Shown one piece after another: positions 59,165-64,000 of a stretch of 64,000 nt of DNA. The notes beneath the pieces are model-generated. The model worked only from the letters and a program-made list of their open reading frames with translations, had not been told where the DNA came from and did no database searches. Made by a program: the position numbers and the translations under genes. Every line of letters begins with the position of its first letter. Within the stretch, counting starts at the first letter, position 1. Source of the DNA: Promethearchaeia archaeon (GTDB lineage: Archaea; Asgardarchaeota; Lokiarchaeia; Sigyniarchaeales; SOKP01); contig JAHQWG010000053.1 in the NCBI GenBank assembly GCA_029856045.1, positions 1-64,000 of the forward strand, in the 5' to 3' direction.

Positions 59165-60997
59165 TTATTCAAACTCAGCATCTATAAAATCATCGTCTTG
59201 ACCAGTAGCTTTTCGGTATTTTTCTTCTTCTATTTCGTCTTGTGTTTTACCTTGTTGTTGTTTATACATTCGAGCTGAAACTTCGTGTAAGGATTGTTGT
59301 AATTCTTCAATAGCACTTTTAATTCTATTTTCATCATCTGATTCCATAGCACCTCTAAGATCTGATATCTTTTGTAAAATTTTATCCTTTAAATCACCAA
59401 TTATTTCTTCATTTTCTTTAAGTAATTTTTCAGTTTGATAGATCAGTGCTTCTCCTTGATTTTTAACTTCTACTAATTCTTTGAATCTTTTATCTTCTTC
59501 AGCATGACCCTCAGCTTCTCGAATTTTTTGCTCGATATCGTTATCAGACATCTTGGTAGACGCGGTAATTGTGATTGATTGACTTTTTCCAGTACCTTTG
59601 TCTTTAGCCGAAACATTTAAAATACCGTTTTGATCAATATCAAACTTCACCTCAATTTGAGGCACGCCTCTTGGTGCTGGTGGAATTCCAGTTAAATTAA
59701 ATTTCCCTAAAGTAATGTTATTCTTTGCTATAGGGCGCTCGCCTTGTAGGACATGAATTTCTACTGCCGGTTGATTATCTGCAGCTGTTGAGAATATTTC
59801 TTTTTTTTCCACCGGGATAGTGGTGTTTCTTTCAATTAATCTAGTGAAAACACCTCCTAAAGTTTCAACACCTAAAGACAATGGAGTTACATCTAATAAG
59901 AGTAAATCCTTAACTTCTCCTGTTAAAACGCCCCCTTGTATCGCAGCACCCATCGCAACGCACTCCATAGGATCAATGGCTCTCTCAGGTGGTTTACCTA
60001 TTAAATCTTCGAATTTATGTTGGACGCTAGGCATTCTTGTAGGTCCACCAACTAAAATTACTTTACCAATTTCTCCTTTCTTTAATCCCGCATCTTTGAA
60101 TGCTTTCAAAATGGGAGCATCTAATCGTTTTAACACGGGATCGATTAATTGTTCTAATTTAGCCCTTGTAAATGTCATGGTTAGATGCTTTGGACCTTCA
60201 TCTGTTGCAGTAATATATGGCAAATTAATATCAGTAGTTATTGAAGTAGATAATTCAATTTTTGCCTTTTCAGCAGCTTCTCGAACCCTTTGCATTGCCA
60301 TCGAATCTTTTCTTAAATCAATACCTTGTTCTTTTTGAAATTCTGAAACTATGTAATCAACAAGAAGGTTATCCATATCTGTCCCTCCTAATTGAGTGTC
60401 TCCTGATGTCGAAATAACTTCAAATACTTTGTTATCCATCTCCATTATTGTGACATCAAATGTACCACCGCCAAAATCTAACACTGCAATTTTTAAGCTA
60501 GCACCTTCTTTATCTAAACCATATGCCATAGCTGCTGCAGTAGGTTCGTTGATTAATCGCCTTACGTTCAATCCAGCTATCCTACCAGCATCTTTTGTCG
60601 CTTGTCTTTGATTATCGTTAAAATATGCAGGAACAGTTATAATAGCGTCAGTGACCTTTTCGCCCAAATAAGCACTAGCATCATCTTTAATTTTTCTCAG
60701 TATCAAAGCAGAGATCTCTTGAGGGGTGTAATCTTTTCCATCAATTTTAACTTTATAAGAAGTTCCCATTTTCCTCTTTATTCCTGTAATCGTTCGATCT
60801 GGATTCGAAATTGCTTGTCTTCGAGCAGGTTCTCCAATTATTCTTTGTCCATCCTTCGTAAAAGCTACATAAGAAGGAAATGCTTTTCCTCCTAAACTAA
60901 CTCCTTCAGCACTAGGTATAATCGTTGGTTTTCCGCCAATTAATACAGCAGCTGCTGAGTTGGAAGTTCCTAAATCGATTCCTATTATTTTTCCCAT
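59165..60997 (-). CDS. dnaK: Hsp70 chaperone DnaK
   Basis: [36 protein letters not shown]. Confidence 0.98.
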   Translation of the reverse strand: MGKIIGIDLGTSNSAAAVLIGGKPTIIPSAEGVSLGGKAFPSYVAFTKDGQRIIGEPARRQAISNPDRTITGIKRKMGTSYKVKIDGKDYTPQEISALILRKIKDDASAYLGEKVTDAIITVPAYFNDNQRQATKDAGRIAGLNVRRLINEPTAAAMAYGLDKEGASLKIAVLDFGGGTFDVTIMEMDNKVFEVISTSGDTQLGGTDMDNLLVDYIVSEFQKEQGIDLRKDSMAMQRVREAAEKAKIELSTSITTDINLPYITATDEGPKHLTMTFTRAKLEQLIDPVLKRLDAPILKAFKDAGLKKGEIGKVILVGGPTRMPSVQHKFEDLIGKPPERAIDPMECVAMGAAIQGGVLTGEVKDLLLLDVTPLSLGVETLGGVFTRLIERNTTIPVEKKEIFSTAADNQPAVEIHVLQGERPIAKNNITLGKFNLTGIPPAPRGVPQIEVKFDIDQNGILNVSAKDKGTGKSQSITITASTKMSDNDIEQKIREAEGHAEEDKRFKELVEVKNQGEALIYQTEKLLKENEEIIGDLKDKILQKISDLRGAMESDDENRIKSAIEELQQSLHEVSARMYKQQQGKTQDEIEEEKYRKATGQDDDFIDAEFE

Positions 60998-61040
60998 TCT
61001 ATATCACTTCTTTTTATATATTTTATTCTTATTTTAATTT

Positions 61041-61718
61041 TTATAGAATTTCGTTATTTGATTTTTTTGATATTTTGACCCGAGCGGGTCTTAAAACTTG
61101 TTTTTTATTGTTAAAATAATAACCTTTATTCAATTCTTTTGTTATTATATCTTCAGGGATATCTTCATTATATTCGACCATTACAGCATCATGTTTATAA
61201 GGATCAAATTTTTCTCCTTCGCAATTCATTGGCTCAACACCCTCGTCAACAAGGAGTTTTTCAAAATTTTTAACTACCATTTCAAATCCCTTCATTAAAG
61301 ATTCATCTGTTTCATAAGACTTTGATAGTACTAATGTCCTTATTAAATCCTCGTAATGTTCGATTAATTTCTTCAAAATATTCTCCTTTACATAAAACTT
61401 ATACCTTTCTTTTTCGCGTTCTGAGATTTTCTTGAAATTTTCAAAATCCGCTTTTACTCTTATCATAGAGTTAAGATATTCTTCAGACTGTTCTTTTAAT
61501 TCTCTAATTTTTATTTCGTATTTTCTCAATCCGTCGATTTCTCGATGTAATATTTCATTCTCTGATTTTAATTTTCCGTATTGTTCTGCTAGTAAATCAA
61601 ATTTTTCTGCTTTTTCCTTAAGGGTTTTGTATTGTTCCTCCGATATTAAAGTATTATCAGAAGGATCTTTAAGAAATCTTCGATCATTTGGAAGTTTATT
61701 AAAATTATCTCCAAACAT
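61041..61718 (-). CDS. grpE: Nucleotide exchange factor GrpE
   Basis: ADFENFKK, GEKFDPYKHDAV, KGY, VLRPARVKIS. Confidence 0.95.
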   Translation of the reverse strand: MFGDNFNKLPNDRRFLKDPSDNTLISEEQYKTLKEKAEKFDLLAEQYGKLKSENEILHREIDGLRKYEIKIRELKEQSEEYLNSMIRVKADFENFKKISEREKERYKFYVKENILKKLIEHYEDLIRTLVLSKSYETDESLMKGFEMVVKNFEKLLVDEGVEPMNCEGEKFDPYKHDAVMVEYNEDIPEDIITKELNKGYYFNNKKQVLRPARVKISKKSNNEIL

Positions 61719-62324
61719 CCTAAATATCAGATCTCCCTTCTTTATTTATTAATTTCAATTTTATCTTCTTAATTTTCATTCTAAATTCTAAAGAATTTAA
61801 AAGTACTTTTTAGCTTTGCTAAAGATTAAAATGATTTTTTTATTAATAAAATTAATTGTACAAATTGGATTAGAATAAAAATTAGATGATTAATACTCAT
61901 GAAAATAATATTGAGATAAATACTTAGATTGTAGATTCCAAAACTGCAATGAAAAAGCTAATTAATATAGATATTGATAGAGTAATAATTGATAACTATT
62001 CACGAATTAAAGAATTATTAAATCGGTATAATTATTACAAATTTTCACTTAGGAGTATTTAAGAATCTAAAAAGGAATGCTTTATTATTCCAAAAAATAC
62101 TATCTAATTTACATGTAAAAAAAGATTTACATTTATCAATTATAATTTATCTTCATAACTAATAATATTTTATAATAAGATATTTCAAAATATAGACATA
62201 ATTTATTGGGTATTAAAAATAAATCAATTATCTTTTAATGAAAATCAAATTTTTTAATTTTAATAATGATGCTGAACTATCCATAAAAGAGGTTCTATCT
62301 CTAAAAATAAAAGTAAATTGTAAT

Positions 62325-62771
62325 TTATAAATCAGAAGAACTAAAATTTCGATCTGAATGAACAAATTTAAAATATTCAAAATGACCCGAAATCTCTTCT
62401 TGAAAATCCTTTAATTCTTCATTTTTCAACAGACTATTAAAAAAATTCACTACAGAATTATAAATTTTCTCAATAAATGTATCTGTCCGACTCATTTCAT
62501 AAGAAAGTTCCAAAATAGCTTCATAATTTATTGTTAAGTCGATTTCCCTTCTAATCTCTTCAGTTAACTGTTCTTTAAGCTTTTTAATCCTCATATTAGT
62601 CCATATCGTTTCATAAACAAAATAATTTATAAATTGTATAAATTCTGTTAACGACGCAACCCCTAAAGCTATAGTAATATCACTGGTGACTATAAATGCT
62701 GTGAAAAAACCGATAAATATTGTTATAACCCTATAAATTATACTTTTTATAAGACTCTCTTTCCATTCCAT
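62325..62771 (-). CDS. DUF2061 membrane domain with C-terminal helical extension
   Basis: SLIKSIIYR...YFVYETIW. Confidence 0.75.
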   Translation of the reverse strand: MEWKESLIKSIIYRVITIFIGFFTAFIVTSDITIALGVASLTEFIQFINYFVYETIWTNMRIKKLKEQLTEEIRREIDLTINYEAILELSYEMSRTDTFIEKIYNSVVNFFNSLLKNEELKDFQEEISGHFEYFKFVHSDRNFSSSDL

Positions 62772-63231
62772 CTTTAATTAACACCTTTTAAATTTTAATT
62801 TAATTCAATCCCTTTTTCCTGTGAGATTTTTCTTTCTCGCCATCGAGAATTTTTCTACCTATTTTTTAAAGGTTCAAAAGAGATATAATAATTATGGCTT
62901 AAAAACATTAAATGTATTTAGCGTCCGTATTCATTGATTTTAATTATTAAAAATTATCTCTGTTCCCCAAGAACTAGGATTACATCTTTATTTTACTCAA
63001 AATATCATCGAGATAATTAATATTTTCCTGTTTGAGTTCTTCCTTTAACGCATTTGCTAAAAAATATCTAAACGCCCATACTTCCAAATTCTATTAATAG
63101 CATCTTTATAAAAGACATTTTTTATAAAAAAGTAAAATATATATGCATACTTATAAATTTGTATTTTGCACCGAAATCTAATCTAATAAAAAAAAATACA
63201 AAATGAAATTTTATAGAGGTGGTAAATAAAA

Positions 63232-63546
63232 ATGATATTTATTTCATATTGGGAGTTAAATCCTGATTTTGATCCAGCAGATATGGCTAATATTGCACAA
63301 GAGCTTATTAGTAAAAAAATCTACCCCCCTGAAGGAGTTAAGGAAATTGCATTTTATGTTAGTACCTCGGATAATTGGGGTATTAGTATAGATGAAGCCG
63401 ACAGTGAAGAAGCTTTAGCAAGGAATACTGCTATGTGGAGAATTGCTAAACCTGGTATAATGAAATTTATTAAAACCACTCCTGCTATGGAAGTAGTCAA
63501 AATACTCCCAATATTAGTAAAATTGAAAAAACAAATAAAAGGTTAA
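63232..63546 (+). CDS. Small DUF3303/GYD-like protein
   Basis: W...P, WGISI.EADSEE, TTPA; GAGGTGG Shine-Dalgarno. Confidence 0.75.
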   Translation: MIFISYWELNPDFDPADMANIAQELISKKIYPPEGVKEIAFYVSTSDNWGISIDEADSEEALARNTAMWRIAKPGIMKFIKTTPAMEVVKILPILVKLKKQIKG

Positions 63547-63795
63547 TATCAAAGAGACTTTGTTTCTGAAATCGAGGGTTATAAGTTAGATTTTGAAGTT
63601 TTCATGATAGCTGTTGAAGCATTACCACTTGTTGGCCTTGAAATCCCCGAACCATAAAAAACAAAAAAATAATATTTAAAGGAAATTATATTTCCATCTT
63701 TTTTTTTATCCTGAAGTGTTTTAATTCAGGTAGTTGAATTAGATTGATTAGATGTTAGAAAAAAGTTAATTACTAATCAGTACAACCATTATTCC

Positions 63796-63981
63796 TTAGC
63801 TTTTATGCATTTTCTGATTAATTTCTTTAGGAATTACTCTCTTTGTAGCATCTGAAAAAACTAAGTTGTGATATTCTTTATCTATAAATTCTATGATTTT
63901 CTTTACTAATTCATTTTCAAATTGTTTATTCAATATATGTTTAGCAATATATTGCTGAAAAAGATTTTCAAGAACACTCAT
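63796..63981 (-). CDS. Hypothetical protein
   Basis: 61-aa ORF at the window edge. Confidence 0.4.
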   Translation of the reverse strand: MSVLENLFQQYIAKHILNKQFENELVKKIIEFIDKEYHNLVFSDATKRVIPKEINQKMHKS

Positions 63982-64000
63982 TAAATATTCTTACATTGAA

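Noticed and set aside
61830-62100. Possible decayed membrane-protein gene on the minus strand
   Set aside because: Multiple stops, and hydrophobic translation is expected from AT-rich DNA
62800-63120. Coding-like fragments on the minus strand (e.g. EVWAFRYFLANALKEELKQENINYLDDILSK)
   Set aside because: Broken across frames with no recognisable family; at most an unassignable remnant
1-64000. Genome-wide reassignment of TAG or TAA, or selenocysteine at TGA
   Set aside because: Conserved genes end at their expected family C-termini with TAA, TAG (e.g. 18833-18835, clpB, dnaJ) and TGA; no in-frame TGA at a Cys-equivalent position was seen
1-64000. CRISPR array, IS/transposase, tRNA or rRNA
   Set aside because: No regularly spaced repeats, transposase motifs, terminal inverted repeats or GC-rich structured RNA seen by eye

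Overview
Low-GC, AT-rich archaeal chromosomal segment. Gene content and style point to Lokiarchaeia/Promethearchaeota (Asgard archaea); this is an inference from huge N-glycosylated surface proteins, CxxC zinc-ribbon proteins, a thiolase+DUF35 pair, an EMC3/TMCO1-like insertase, archaeal-type DnaK, and U-rich terminators. Main contents: two tandem membrane-anchored surface proteins sharing a YPKPVRK cytoplasmic-tail motif; a LarA racemase with an FAD 2-hydroxyacid dehydrogenase; acyl-CoA and N-acyl-amide catabolism genes; a heterodimeric ABC exporter; duplicated GPH-family MFS transporters around a UroD/MtaA-family gene; a GlpA-like three-gene operon; an orphan type IIG-like methyltransferase; a VapBC pair; and a grpE-dnaK-dnaJ-clpB operon. 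No rRNA, tRNA, CRISPR array or IS element was recognised. The most notable signals missing from the ORF track are: (i) four genes whose frame continues with protein-like sequence directly after an in-frame TAA/TAG, one of them with the recognisable family C-terminus; (ii) two genes with no ATG/GTG/TTG start that apparently initiate at ATT; (iii) several unannotated microproteins and gene remnants; (iv) a gene-conversion-like patch between the MFS paralogs. All product calls are from motif recognition by eye, with no database searches.
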